Below the pieces are notes generated by a model. It had not been told where the DNA came from. It was given only the letters and a program-made list of their open reading frames with translations, and did no database searches. The translations under genes and the position numbers were made by a program. Positions 10,146-24,285 of a stretch of DNA of 64,000 nucleotides are shown in pieces (position 1 is the first letter of the stretch; each line of letters opens with the position of its first letter). The stretch comes from Pristiophorus japonicus. Lineage: Eukaryota. The stretch is from assembly GCF_044704955.1 (NCBI RefSeq), contig NC_091985.1, positions 183,272,001 to 183,336,000 on the forward strand. Reading direction: 5' to 3'.

Positions 10146-12875
10146 CTTTCCTGCACTAACCCCGTATAGCTTGATTCCCTAATATACAAAAATCTATCGA
10201 TCTCTGGCTTGAATATAGTCAACGACCGAGCCGCCAAAGATTCAACACCGAATACATTTCTCCTCATCTCAGTCCTAAATAATGGAGCGCCGATTCTGAG
10301 ATTGTAACCCCTGGTTCTAGATTCGCTAGTCGGTGGAAACATCTACCCTGTCAAGCCCTGTAAGAATTTTGCATATTTTAATGAGATCAGCTTTAATGTC
10401 GGAGAATATAAACGTAATCTACATAATCTCTCCTGATAGGAAATTCCCCCCATCCCAGGAATCAGTCTGGTGAAACTTCGTTCCATTCCCTCTACGGCAA
10501 GTCTATCCTTCCTTAGGTAAAGAGACCAAAACTATACACAATACTCCAGGAGGGTCTCATCAGGGCCCTATATAATTGCAGTAAGATGTCATTACTCTTA
10601 TACTAAAATCTTATGTAATAAACATAGAAACATAGGAAATAGGTGCAGCAATAGGCCATTCGGCCCTTCGAGCCTGCACCACCATTCAATAAGATCATGC
10701 CTGATCATTCACCTCAGTACCCCTTTCCTGCTTTCTCTCCATACCCATTGATCCCTTTAGCCATAAGGGCCATATCTAACTCCATCTTGAATATATCGAA
10801 TGAACTGACTTCAACAACTCTCTGCGGTAGGGAATTCCACAGGTTAACAACTCTCTGACTGAAGAGGTTTTTCCTCATCTCAGTCCAAAATGGCTTAGCC
10901 CTTATCCTTAGACGATGTCCCCTGGTTCTGGACTTCCCCAACATCCTGCATCTACCCTGTCCAGTCCCGTCAGAATCTTATACGTTTCTGTGAGATCCCC
11001 TCTCATCCTTCTAAACTCCAGTGAATACAGGACCAGTCGATCCAATCTCTCTTCATTTTTCAGTCCTGCCATCCTGGGAATCAGTCTGGTGAACCTTCGC
11101 TGCACTCATTAATTTAGTAAGAACGTCTTTCCTCAGATTAGGAGACCAAAACTGAACACGATATTCCAGGTGAGGCCTCAAAAAGGCCCTGTACAACTGC
11201 AGTAAGACGTGCCTGCTCCTATACTCAAATCTCCTAGCTATGAAGGCCAACATACCATTTGCCTTCTTCAGTGCTGTATCTGCATGCCAACTTTCAATGA
11301 CTGATGTGCCATGACACCCAGGTCTCGTTGCACCTCCCCTTTTCCAAATCTGCCACTATTCAAATAATATTCTTCCTTCGTGTTGTTGCCACCAAAGTTG
11401 ATAACCTCACATTTATCACATTATACTGCATCTGCCACTCATTTGCCCACACACCTAACCTGTCCAAGTCACCCTGCAGCCTTTCAGCGTCCTCCTCACA
11501 GCGCACACAGCCACCCAGCTTAGTGTCATCTGCAAACTTGGAGATATTGCACTCAATTCCTTCATCCAAATCATTCATGTATACTGAAATAGCTGGGACA
11601 CCAGCACTGAGCCCTGCGGCACTCCACTAGTCACTACCTTCCATTCTGAAAAGGACCCGTTTATCCCGACTCTCTGCTTCCTGTCTGTCAACCAGTTCTC
11701 TATCCACATCAGTACATGACCCCCAATATCATGCGCTTTAATTCTGCACAACAATCTCTTGTGTGGGACCTTGTCAAAAGCCTTTTGAAAGTCCAAATAC
11801 ACCACATCCATTTGGTTCTCTCTTGTCCACTATACCAGTTACATCCTCAAGGAATTCTAGAAGATTTGTCAAGAAGGATTTCCCTTTGATAAATCCATGC
11901 TGACTTGGACCGATCCCGTCACTGCTTTCAAAATGTGCTGCTATTTCATCTTTAATAATTGATTCCAACATTTTCCTCACTTCTGATGTCAGGCTAACCG
12001 GTCTATAATTACCTGTTTTCTCTCTCCCTCATAAAAAGTGGTGTTATATTAGCTACTCTCCAGTCCATAGGAACCGATCCAGATTCGATAGACTGCTGGG
12101 AAATTATCACCAATGCATCCATATTTCTAGGGCTACTTCCTTAATTACTCTGCGATGCAGACTATCAGGCCCCGTGGATTTATCGGCCTTCAATCTCATC
12201 AATTCCCCTAACACAATTTCCCACATAATAAGGATTTCCTTCAGTTCCTCCTTCTCACTGGACTCTCGGTCCCTTAGAATTTCTGGAAGGTTATTTGTGT
12301 TTTCGTTCGTGAAGACAGAACCAAAGTATTTGTTCAACTGGTCCGCCATTTCTTTGTTCCCCATTATAAATTCACCTGCACCTGACTGCAAGTGACCAAC
12401 GATTGTTTTCAATAACCTTTTTCACTTCACATATCTATAGAAGTTTTGTAGTCAGTTTTTATGTTCCCAGCAAGCTTCCTCTCATACTCTATTTCCCCCT
12501 CCTAATTAAACCCTTTGTCCTCCTCTGCTATATTATAAAATTCTCCCAGTCCTCAGGTGTGCTGCTTTTTCTGGCCAATGTATATGCCTCTTCCTTGGAT
12601 TTAGCACTATCCTTAATTTCCCTTGTTAGTCACGGTTGAGCCACCTTCCCGGTTTTATTTTTACTCCAGACAGGGATGTACAATTGTTAAAGTTCATCCA
12701 TGCAATCTTTAAATGTTTGCCATTGCCTATACTCCGTCAACTCTTTAAGTCTCACTCGCCAGTCTATTCTAGCCAATTCACGTCTCATACCATCGAAGTT
12801 ACCTTTCCTTAAGTTCAGGATCCATAAAGGCCAATATACCATTTGCTTTCTTAATTGCTTGCTGCACCTGCAGAT
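10146..12875 (-). mobile_element. Nested CR1 LINEs: younger copy 10622-12822 inside an older copy (10146-10621 plus 12823-12875)
   Basis: Inner copy has an (AACATAGA)n tail at 10621 and RT motifs (QHGF, YLDFQKAFDKVPH, KFADDTKL). Host sequence resumes at ATAAAGGCCAA; ATAAA is present on both sides. Confidence 0.9.
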
Positions 12876-13051
12876 CAATTTAGTGTTACTGGTTTAGTTT
12901 AAAGTTGCTGAGGACCTTTATTGTTGCTGATTTAGATTATAGATATTTGGTTACTTTGTTGGCGCTTGTTTCATTTATAGATATTGGATTATATTATTTT
13001 TGCTGGTTTAGTTTATAGATACTGGTTGACTTTATTGCTGTTGGTTTAGTT

Positions 13052-14225
13052 CACAGAATCATAGAAACACAGAAATGTACAGCAAGGAAGGAGTCTATTT
13101 CGGCCCATCATGTCCGTGCCGGCCAGCAAGAGGCTATCCAGCCTAATTCCACTGTCCAGATCTAGGTGCGTAACCCTGCCGGTTACAGCCCTTCGAATGC
13201 ATATCAAAGTATATTTAATTGTGGTGCGGGTTTCCGACTCTACCACTCTTTCAGCCAGTGAGTTCCAGACACCCACAACCATCTGGGTGAAGGAATTTCC
13301 CCTCAAATCCCCTCTAACCCTTCGACCAATTACTTTAACTTCATGCCCTCTTGTTGTTGGCCCCTCTGCCAATGGAAATAGTCCCTTTCTATACACTATA
13401 TCTAGGCCCCTCATAATTTAAAAAACCTCAATGAGGTCTCCCAGTAGCCACATCTGTTCAAAGGAAAACAAACCCAGCCTATCCAATTTGTCCTCCTAGC
13501 GAAGATTCTCCACTCTCGGCAACATCCTCATAAATCTCCCCTGTAACCTCTCTCGTGCAATCACGTCCTTCCTGTAATAAGGTGACCAGAACTGCACGCA
13601 GCACTCTAGCTGTGGCCTAACCATTGTTTCATACCGTTCAAGCATAATCCCCCCCACCCCAGCCTCCTCCACCATGCTCTTATATCCTATGCCTCGGCTA
13701 ATAAATGCAAGCATTCCGTATGCCTTATTAACCACCTTATATGTCTGGCCTGCTACTTTCTGGAATCTGTAGACATACAATCCAAGGTCCCTTTGTTCCT
13801 CTACACTTCTTAGTGCTACCATTTAATTTGTATTCTCTTTCCTTGCTAGCCCTCCCCAAGTGCAATACATCGCATTTCTCTGGATTAAATTCCATTTGCC
13901 ACTGTTCTGCCCACCTGATCAATTGATTCAGATCTTCCTGTAGTCTGCAGCTCTCTTCTTCATTATCAACGACACAGCCAATTGTAGTGTCATCTGCAAA
14001 CTTCTTAATCATGCGCCCTATATTCAAGACTAGATCATTGATGTTAATCACAAAAAGCAGGGGACCTAGTACTGAGCCCTGGGAACCCCACGGAAAACAT
14101 CCTTCCATTCACAAAAACACCCATCAACCATTAACCTTTGCTTCCTGCCTTTGAACCAATTTTGTATCCAACTTCTCACTTTGCCCTAGATCCCATGGGC
14201 TTTTACTTTCGTGACCAGTCTGCCC
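13052..14225 (-). mobile_element. CR1 LINE 3' fragment (same subfamily as 2018-3400)
   Basis: QGSVLGPLLF, KKFADDT, QRDLGL, RPQLECCVQFWSP motifs; tail CACAGAATCATAGAAAC. Confidence 0.9.
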
Positions 14226-14229
14226 CATA

Positions 14230-15770
14230 CCAGGAACCAGTCTGGTTAATGTTTGTTGCATTCCCTCTATGGCAAGTATATCCTTCCTTCAGTAAGCTGG
14301 ACACAACACTCCAGGTGTTGTCTCACCAATGCCCTATATAATTGCAATAAGATATCTTTACTCTATACTCAAATCCTTTTGTAATAACGGCCAACATACC
14401 ATTTTATTTCTTAATTGCTTGCTGTACCTTCACGTTACCTTTCAGTGATTCGTGTACAAGGACACCCAGGTCTCTCTGAACAACATTTCCCAATCTCGCA
14501 CCATTTAAAAAAATCTTCAGCTTTTGGATTTTTACTTCCAAAGTGGATAAGTTCACATTTCTCCACATTATCTGCCATTTGCTCTGATCTTGCCCATTCA
14601 CATAGCCTATTTATATCTCCATGAATCCTCTTTTCATTCTCCTCACAACTTACATTCCCACCTAGCTTTTTATCATCAGTGAACTTAGATATATAACATT
14701 TGGCCCCCTCATCCAAAATCATTGATATAGATTGTAAATATCTGAAACCTAAGCACTGATCATTGTAATACCCTACTTGTTATAGCCCGACAACCCGAAA
14801 ATAATGTTTATTCCTACTCTATGTATTTTTTCCATTAACCATTCCTCGGTTAATGCTAATATATTATGCCCAATCCCATGAGCTCTAAATTTGTTTAATA
14901 ACCTCTTGTGTGGCGCCTTAGCGAAAGCCTTCTGAAAATCAAATAAACCACCCTTATCTATTCTGCTATTTACAACCTCAGAAAGTCTAACATATTCGGC
15001 AAACAAGATTACCCATTAATAAATCTGTGTTGAATCTGCCCAATACTATTACTATTTTCTAAGTGCCCAGCTACCACGTCCTTAATAATAGATTCTACCA
15101 TTTTCCCTATTACTGGTGTCATTCTAACTGGTCTGTAGCTCCCAGTATTATTTTTTTACATATACTAATTTCTTTCAGTTACTCATTCTCGCTAGACCAT
15201 TGGTTCTTTGATATTTCTGTGAGGTTTCTTGCACCTTCTTCATGAAGGCAGTCACAAAATATTTGTTGATTTTGTAGTATTCTCTATTATAATTGCTCCT
15301 GTCTCAGCTTCCAAAAGACTCACATTTACTTCCTCTAATTTTTTTCTTTTGCATACTTATAAAGCTTTTAGTCTCTTTTCATTGTTTTTGATAGTTAGCT
15401 CTCATATTATATTTTCCCTTTCTTCATAAATGTATTGGTCCTCCTTTGCTGTATTCTAAAATCCCCCCCAATCCTAATGCTCACTCCACCTTTTGGCAAC
15501 ATTAGAAGTTTCTTCCTTTGTTCTAATAATACCTTTGCTTGTCTTTTTAGCCACCGTTGGACCACCTTTCCTATCGGCTTTTTGTGCCTTAAAGGAATGT
15601 ATATTTGTTGTTAATAATATATTAATTCTTTAAATGGCAGCATTGCTTGTCGACCATCATAACTCTTAATGTAGTTTCTCAATATTCTGCAGCCAACTCA
15701 TCGCTCATAACTACGTAGTTGCTTTTTTACATTAAAGACCCACGTTTCGGATGTAACAAAATCACGTTCA
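14230..15770 (-). mobile_element. Old, internally deleted CR1 LINE
   Basis: DFQKAFAKAPHKRLL, SKFTDDKKLGG, QRDLGV in broken ORFs. Confidence 0.8.
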
Positions 15771-15779
15771 AAGTCCCTT

Positions 15780-16110
15780 TGTCCCTCCCTCCCCGCCTCT
15801 CTAACTCTAACTCTCTATTGCTGCAATTCTCTTCCCTCTGTATCTCTCTGCTCCTCTGGCTCTCACTCTCGCTATTTATGGCTCCCCACGCCCCAGTTTG
15901 TGTATCTCTTTGTTCTATCTCTCCGTCTGCCCATTCCCTGTGTGTCTCTTTCTCTATCTGTTTATCTCTAACAGTCTAGCTCTTTTTGCCCCCTCTATTT
16001 CTCTCAATCTCTCTCTCAATATTTCTCTCAATGTCTCTCTCAATGTTATTCTGTTTCCTATTCTGTCTTTCTCTCTGGCTCTCTCCTTCTCTATCTCGCT
16101 CAATGACTCT
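15780..16110. repeat. CT-rich low-complexity tract
   Basis: Degenerate (CT)n / TCTCTCAAT repeats. Confidence 0.7.
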
Positions 16111-16239
16111 CATAATTGTTCAGGGTGACGAGGAGTTTATTGGCCCATTTCGTAGTGGCAGCGAAACAGTTAAAATACGCACCGAGCAACCTGTTAATTC
16201 AAAGAATAGTCATTTAATTCATGGCCCAATTTACACCCA

Positions 16240-16668
16240 GTTCACCATCGGCCATTCCTTAAAATCGAGGTTGACTTGCTTCCACTCTAAAAGTGAGTAC
16301 TCACGTGATTGTACAGTTCAATACGGGAATTACAGTCTCTGTCACAGGTGGGACAGACAGTCTTTGAAGGAAAGGCTGGGTCGGGAGTCTGGTTTGCCGC
16401 GTGGTCCTTCCGCTGCCTGCGCTTGTTTTCTGCATGCTCTCGGCAACGAGACTCGAAGTGCTCAGCACAATCCCTGATGCTCTTCCTCCACTTAGGGCGG
16501 TCTTTGGCCAGGGATTCCCAGGTGTCGGTGGGGATGCTGTACTTTATCAGGGAGGCTTTGAGGATGTCCGTGAAATGTTTCCTCTGCCCACCAGCGGATC
16601 GCCTGCCGTGCAGGAGTTCCGAAAAGAGTGCTTGCTTTGGGAGTCTTGTGTCGGGCATGCGGACAATT
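16240..16668 (-). mobile_element. RTE-clade LINE 3' fragment
   Basis: MPDTRLPKQALFSEL..GRRSAGGQRKHF.D.LKASL...WESLAKDRPKWR plus C-terminal CPTC...H...H finger, typical of RTE ORF C-termini. Confidence 0.85.
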
Positions 16669-17379
16669 ACTGACTAATGGAAACATATTTTCTAATTTTC
16701 AGCCCTCCAGTATAGAACACGCAGATCAAAGTTAAACAAGAGAATGTAATTATTGATGGAACAGTGAATAATTTCTGCTCCAACATTATACTCGGTGATG
16801 TGGGCAGCAGTTCTATTTCAGATTGGACAGGACTGTTATAAAACACAATAAATTACTGTATGTCTAAAACAACTGAAAAACGGTTTCAATATTCTGAAAC
16901 TCAATCTAACAGGAGAATGTTTCTGGACAAGAAAAGGCCATTGGCCCTCAAAGCCTGTCCCTGTTAGAGAGATGAACCACCAACCGCTCCTCCTAGTTTA
17001 TCCACAGAAACACGTTCAATTATCTATGGACCCCATTTACACTGACCCTTTAGTGTCCTTCCCAGGTATCTAATACCCCGCTCTATTATGCTCCGGATGA
17101 ACAATATCACCTTGACTTCATTCTCAGTCCTCACTTCACAATCTCAGCTGATCCGTTATTAAATCAAGTTGTTATTTGCGGGTTTGTTTCCCGCATTCAT
17201 TTTATGAACTCCCTTCAAAATATAGATCAATAATTCAACATCATTTGCCTCATCCGGCAACAATACAAATCGAACTCTCACAGCCTTTCCTCTGTCGATA
17301 TTCCTGGCACACACAATATTTTTGATTCTTCTTTGTATCTTCAATGTTGTAAAAACAGTGTTCCTATAGTCAGAGAGTT

Positions 17380-18710
17380 AGAAGTGCACACACTACCCCA
17401 GATAATCTGCCCACAGTCTGATACAGTAACAGTGGTACCCTGACCATTCATAGTCTGTCCCTCTCCCAGTGTACACAATACCCCAGATAGCCTGCCCACG
17501 TTCTGATACAGTAACAGTGGTACCCTGACCATTCACAGTCTGTCCCTCTCCCAGTGCACACAATACCCAAGATAACCTGCCCACAGTCGGATACTGCAAC
17601 AGTGGTATCCTGACCATTCACAGTCTGTCCCTCTCCCAGTGCCCACAATACCCCAGATAAACTGCCCACAGTCTGATACAATAACTAGTGGACTCTGGGC
17701 TATTCACATTATGTCTCTCTCCCAGTGCACACAATACCCCAGATAACTTGCCCACAAGTCTGATACAGTAACAGTGGTACCCTGGCCATTCACAGTCTGT
17801 CCCTCTCCCAGTGCCCACAGTACCCCAGATAACCTGCTCACAGTCTGATGCAATAACAGATGGACTCTGGGCTATTCACATTATGTCCCTCTCCCAGTGC
17901 ATACGCTACCCCAGATAACCTGCCCACAGTCTGATACAGTAACAGTGGTACCCTGACCATTCACAGTCTGTCCCTCTTCCCGTGCACCCACTTGTCCAGA
18001 TAACCTGCCCACAATCTGATACAGTAATTTTGGGACTCCTGACCATTCACACGCTGTCCCACTCCCAGTGCCCACATTAAACCAGATAGCCTGCCCACAG
18101 TCTGATACAATCGTAGCCTGACAATTCACAATCTGTCCCTCTCACAGTGCACACAATAGCCAGATAACCTGCCCACAGTCTGATACAATAACAGGGGGAC
18201 TCCAGGCTATTCACACTCCCTCCCTCTCCCAGTGCACACACACAACACCCCAGAAAATCCGCCCCTGGTCTGATTCAGTCACAGTGGTACCCTGACCATT
18301 CACAGTCTGACCCTCTCCCAGTGCACACAGTGCCCCAGATAATCTGCCCACAATCTGATACAATAACAGGGGGATTCCGGGCTATTCACAGTCTGTCCTT
18401 CTCCCAGTGCCAACACTAAACCAGATAACCTGCCCACAGTCTGATACAATAACAGTGGTACCCTGACCATTCACAGTCTGTCCCTCTCCCAGTGCACACA
18501 CTACCCCAAATAACCTGCCCACGGTCTGATACAGTAAAAGTGATACCCTGACCATTCACAATCTGTCCCTCTCCCAGTGCACCCAATGCCCCAGATAACC
18601 TGGCCACCATCTGATACAGTAACAGGGGGACTCCGGGATATTTACAGTCTGTCCCTCTCCCAGTGCACACACTGCCCCAGATAACCAGCTAACTGCCCGA
18701 TACAATAAAT
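17380..18710. repeat. 85-bp minisatellite, about 15 copies
   Basis: Unit CCAGTGCACACAATACCCCAGATAACCTGCCCACAGTCTGATACAGTAACAGTGGTACCCTGACCATTCACAGTCTGTCCCTCTC; starts at 17466, 17551, 17636. Orphan part-units near 19400-19435 and 22045-22110. Confidence 0.95.
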
Positions 18711-18714
18711 AGGA

Positions 18715-19395
18715 ACTCTTCATTGATGGAGGCCATTCGTCCCCTCCTGCCTCTGCCAGCTTTTTGTCAGAGCTTTTCAATTAGTCCCAGTCGCCTACTC
18801 TTTCCCTTGACCCTGTTATCTTTCCTTCAAGTATTTATTTAATTGCCTTCTGATAGTTAATGTTGGATCTGATTCCACCACCCTTTCAGGCAGTGCATTC
18901 CAGACAATTATAACTTGCTGCTTAAAAGAGTCTTTTCCCCATGTCGCCTCTGGTTCTTTGGCCAATCACTTTCAATCTGTGATCTATGGTTACCGATCCT
19001 TCTGCCACGGCCAACTGTTTATCCTTATTTATTCTATGAAAAGCGTATATTATTTTGAAAACGTACCAAATCTCCTCTTAAACTGCTTGGCTCCAAGGAT
19101 AACAGTACCATCTTTTCCAGCCTCTATTCATCTCTACTCCCATTCTAGTAAATCTCTTCAGCACACTGTCATATTTCCTAGTGTGGTGCTCAGAATTGGA
19201 CATAATACTCCAGCTGAGGCCTAATCAGTATTTTATAAGGGTTTATCATAAATATGCTTTTCACCTCTTCCTCTATTGATAAAGCCAATGATCCCATATC
19301 CTTTTTAACAGCTTTCTCAACTTCTCAAACAAAGACTTGTGTACATTCAAACCCAGGTATAACATTGTACAGTTTATTTTATATTGCCTAGACGT
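18715..19395 (-). mobile_element. Degraded CR1 3' fragment
   Basis: Reverse-strand similarity to the CR1 C-terminal coding region and 3' end seen elsewhere in the window. Confidence 0.65.
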
Positions 19396-19439
19396 CTGCC
19401 AGTACACACAATATCCTAGATGACCTGCACAAGTTTGTA

Positions 19440-22040
19440 AGTCATCTTCTCCAGATGGAATGCATCCTAGATTGCTGAAAAAGGCGTTGGTCACAATCGT
19501 TCAATCCTCATTGGATTCAGGTGTAATGTCGCAGGACTGGAGGGTGGCTGATGTTATACCACTATTCAAGAAAGTGGAGAACCTGCCATGGATTTGTTAA
19601 AAGGCAAATCGTGCCTGACTAATTTGATTAAATTATTTGAGATACCAGAAGGTTGATCAAGGTACTGCAGTAGATGTTATATATATGCGCTTTAGGAAGG
19701 CATTCGGAAAGATGCGACATATGCGGCTTAGTAAGAGGATGGAATCTTAAAGAACTAAGGGGAATGCGGTGGTATGGTTGCAAATTTGAATCAGGGACAG
19801 GAAGCGAGGGTTGGTGGTAGTTGGATGCTTTTTTCAGACCAGTAGGTAGTTTGCAGTGGTATGTCCCAAATGTCAGTTTTGCATCTACATGTATTATTCA
19901 TTTTAATCTTTATAAATGACCTAGAATCTGGTTTAGGAAGCAGCATAACAAAGTTTGCAGGTGATACGAAACTTGGCAATGTTGTCGATCATGATAATGG
20001 CAGTTATAGGCTTCAGGATGACATAATCAGGAGAGTGAAATGTGCAGAAACTGGGCAGATGGAGTTCAATGCGGAGAAGTGTGAAGTGCTGCACTTTGGG
20101 AGGCCTAATATGGAATGGCCATATGCTATAAATTGCACGATTTTGGAAAGTGTAGATGAGCAGAGAGACCTTGGCGTTCATATACACAAATCCTTCATGG
20201 TGGCAGAGCAGGTTGAGAAGGTGGGGTAAACAGCTATAATTTAATTGAGTTTATAACTCTAATTGGGCTTCCAGAAGGCATTTGAGAAGGTGCCACATAA
20301 AAGGTTACTGCACAAGATAAAAATTCACGGTGTTGGGGGTAATCTATTAGCATGCATAGAGGATTGGCTAACTAACAGAAAACAGAGAGTCGGGATAAAT
20401 GGTTAATTCTCTGTTTGGCAACCAATAACTAGTGGGTGCTGCAGGGATCAGTGCTGGGACCCCAACTATTTACAATTCATATTAACGACTTGGAAGAAGG
20501 GACTGAGTGTAACGTGGCTAAGTTTGATGACGATAGAAAGATGGGAGGAAAAGCAATGCGTGAGGAGGACACAAATTATCTGTAAAAGGATATCGACAGT
20601 TTAAGTGAATGGGGAAAAATTTGGAAGATGGATATACTGTTGGAACGTGTGAGGTCATGCACTTCGGCAGAAAAAAAATCAAAGAGCAATTTATTTAAAT
20701 GGAGAAAGATTGCAAAGTGCTGCAGCACAGCGGGACTTGTGCATGAATCGCAAAAGGATAGTATGCAGATACAGCAAGTGATCAGGAACGCCAATGGTAT
20801 CATGGCCTTTATTGCAAGGGGGATGGAGTATAAAAGCAGGGAAGTCTTGCTACAGCTATACAAAGTATTGGTGAGGCCACACCTGGAATACTGCGTGCAG
20901 CTTTGGTTTCCATATTTAAGAAAGGATATACTTGCTTTAGAGGCAGTTCAGAGAACGATCACTAGGTTGATTCCAGAGAGGAGATGGTTGACTTATGAGG
21001 AAATGATAAGTAGGTTGGGTCTCTACTCATTGGAATTCAGAAGAATTAGAGGTGATCTTACCAAAACGTATAAGATTATGAGGGGGCTTGACAAGGTGGA
21101 TGCAGAGAGGATGTTTCCACTGATAGGGGAAACTAAAACGAGAGGGCATGATCTTAGAATAAGGGGCCACCCATTTAAAACTGAGATGACGATAAATTTC
21201 TTCTCTCAAAGGGTTGTGAATCTGTGGAATTCGCTGCCTCAGAGAGCTGTAGAAGCTGGGACATTGAATACATTTAAGACAGAAACAGACATTTTCTTAA
21301 AAGATAAGGGAATAAGGGGTTATGGGGAGCGGGAGTGGAAGTGGAGCTGATTCCATGATCAGATCAACCATGATCTTATTGAATAGCGGAGCAGGCTCGA
21401 GGGGCCATAGGGCCTACTCCTGCTCCTATTTCTTATGATACTTATAAATAGAGAAATAGAATATAACTGGAAAGAGATCATGCTCTAACGTTATAAATCA
21501 CTGGTTCAGCCTCAGCTGCAATATTGTGGATAATTCGGGGCGCTACCCTTCAGGAAAGATGTAAAACATTAGAAAGGGTAGAGAGAAGGTTCACGAGGGA
21601 TGAGGGAATTTAGTTACGTGGAGAGGTTGGAAAAGTTAATTCTGATCTCCTTAGAACAGAGCACGCTAAGTGGTAACCTAATGCAGGTTTACAAGATGGT
21701 GAGAGGTATTGATAAAGAAGATAGAGGAAACCTATTCCCTCTGGTGAAGGGATCAATAACTAGAGGTCAAAGATTCAAATCATTGGATCAAAAGATCTGG
21801 AGGGGAGCCGAGGAGATTTTTTCATTGGGTTGTTGGTGTCTGGAAAGCTCTACCTATAAAGATGCTGGAAGCTCATTCTATAAATAATTTAAAAATGGAT
21901 TTGTGCAAGTACATGAGGATGAGGAACTGGCAGGGTTGCGGACAAAAAGCGTGGTGGGGAGGGCAGGATTAAGCACAACTGCTCATTCAAGGAGCCAGTA
22001 CAGGCACTTCGGGTCGAATCACCTTCTGTGCTGTATGATG
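19440..22040 (+). mobile_element. Nested CR1 LINEs: younger copy about 20260-21447 inside an older copy
   Basis: ORFs 19861-20229 (KFAGDTKL) and 20628-21350 (RPHLEYCVQLW...TRGH...VNLWNSLP); CTTATG tail at about 21432; TTATAA on both sides of the inner copy. Confidence 0.88.
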
Positions 22041-22507
22041 CGATGATACAATAAGAGTGGGACTCCTGACCATTCACACTATATCCCATTCCCACTGATA
22101 TACAATCCCATGATTCACATTTCTGCAGAAGTTAAGCACCACTGACAATTTCAAAGATTGATCCATAGAACCTCTACTATCGTACAAGCAGTATCGTGTG
22201 TGATTTGTAATGAGATGTCGATAGTACAGGGCAGGCTTGAGAGTATTGACCATTAGAGGGAAAAGATCGACTTCATAGAAAACTCCATATTCAGCAAATA
22301 TTAGTATCCAGTGAGGATTTGGAACTTGTCTCGGCTTTTGGTCACTTCAAGCGAGGTTTCCATTAACTGGGTTTTAATTTCCACACCTCTGTTGACGCTG
22401 TGAAAGAATTCTTATATATTTTACTGAATAGCAAAGGGATATTTAGAAGATGTAATTTTACAATACAACTAATACTGAGAACCATTTTCTGTCCGTTCTA
22501 ATTGAAG

Positions 22508-24285
22508 ATGTTCAATGGAAACACAAGGAAACACTTCGGGTACAAATTGAAACACTAATAGAGAACACTATCCTAATAAGGGAGAAAGTTAAGATTTTCC
22601 AGCTGGTTGATCGATGCGCTGAGCTATGGGTCATTTCTACTGTTCGACACATCGGACAGTTGTAGAAAATGAACTGCTGGCAAGAGGCCGGGACCATGAA
22701 GATTGGAGAGAGAAAAATCTCCGGAGTGAACTGGAAAAAATCCGAACTGATCAATTGTTCCAGAGCAGTTTTTCCCAGAGGCACAGTGTGCTTCAGAAAA
22801 TGAAAGCTTTGATCCATCGACCCAATTCTGGGAGATCAGGAGCAGTGAGCGGGGTCTCGGGGTGTTCAGCAGCAGTGAGTGGTGTCCCGGGGAATGGAAA
22901 AACAACACTTGAACAAAAGATTGTTCATGACTGGGCCACTGGGAAAATATACCCGCACTTTCAATTTGTTTTCAGTCTTATATTCCAGAATTTGAACGCT
23001 ATTAACTGTAGATTAAATCTAAGGAATCTGATACTGGATCAGTGTCAATACTTTGGGAATATTCTGAGAGAGCTCTGGAAGAATCTAGAGGGATTGCTGT
23101 TTATAGTCGATGGTTTGAATGAATTCAAGGACAGTATCGATTTTGCTGATAATCGGAGAAATACAGAACCTCAGCACAGGTGCACAGATCCCGAAACTGA
23201 TGTGAAGTGTCTGACATTGTATACAGTTTAATACAGCACAAGCTGCTCCCAGGATGTTCAGTGCGAGTGACCAGCAGCCCCACTGCATTACATTTATTGG
23301 AAAAGGCTGAGATCTGGGTCTGGGCTGAAATCCTGGGATTTGTTGGTGAAGAACGGAAGGAATATTTCAACAAGTTTTTTGAGGAACAGACGTTGGCAGC
23401 AGCTGTTTGGAGGAAAACGAAATCCTGTACACCATGTGCTACAACCCTTCCTACTCCTGGATCCTCGATTTGTCACTGGACCCCTTCTTTACTCAAAGAG
23501 ACAGGAAACAGCAGCCAGTTCCCAAGACCATCACCCAACTGTATTCATATTATATCTATATTCTGAAAAACCACAGCCGCGAGACTGAAATGTGTTACTG
23601 AAGCCCGGTGAGATGGCTTTCACAGGAGTCTCCGAGAAGAAGATTGTGTTTAGAAATGAAGATTTGATCAAGTACAATCTGCAACCTTCCCAGTTCCTGT
23701 CTGGGTTCATGATAGAGCTTTTGGAGAGAGATGATTCTGCCCAGAGCGTGGTGTATACATTCCCGCACCTCACCATCCAAGAGTTTGTAGCCGCACTCGC
23801 ACAATTCCTGACTACAGATCCCGGGGACATCTGGGAACTGCTCAGTAAATCCCACAGCAAAGAAGATGGGCGATTTGAGATGTTTCTCCGTTTTGCTGCT
23901 GGTCTCTCCTCCCCACACTCAGCTCGGCTCCTGGAGGAGTTTCTGGGTCCATTTCTTCATCAAACCTGCCGAATGATTGACTGGGTGAAGGAGAAGGTTG
24001 AAGGGCAGATTGGGAACACAGAGAGCGATGCTGGTAAAATTAACCTCCTGAACATATTCCATTACCTTTTTGAGTCTCAGACTACAGCACTCACTCGACT
24101 CACAGTGTGATATGTGGAAACACTTAGATTTCGTGGATTGCCACTGACCCCGATTGACTGTGCGGTCCTGTTTCATGTAATTGGGCTCTGCAATACAATC
24201 AAAGACCTCGATCTGGAGTGATGCTCCATTCAGTGTGAAGGACTCCAGTGCTGGGACCCGTACTGCACAAATTACGGGAGTTGAG
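22508..24285 (+). pseudogene. NLR NACHT exon (NACHT, HD1/WH/HD2, first LRRs)
   Basis: Acceptor AG 22506-7, donor GT 24286-7. Walker A GVPGNGKTT (22881-22907), Walker B LLFIVDGLNE, sensor VTSSP, EILGF, CYNP, YTFPHLTIQEFVAAL, FLRFAAGL. Frameshifts near 22648, 23197, 23407, 23588, 24250; TGA at 24108. Confidence 0.93.

Noticed and set aside
17341-18780. Many short ORFs with GEGQTVNGQG repeats
   Set aside because: The 85-bp unit shifts frame each copy; non-coding minisatellite.
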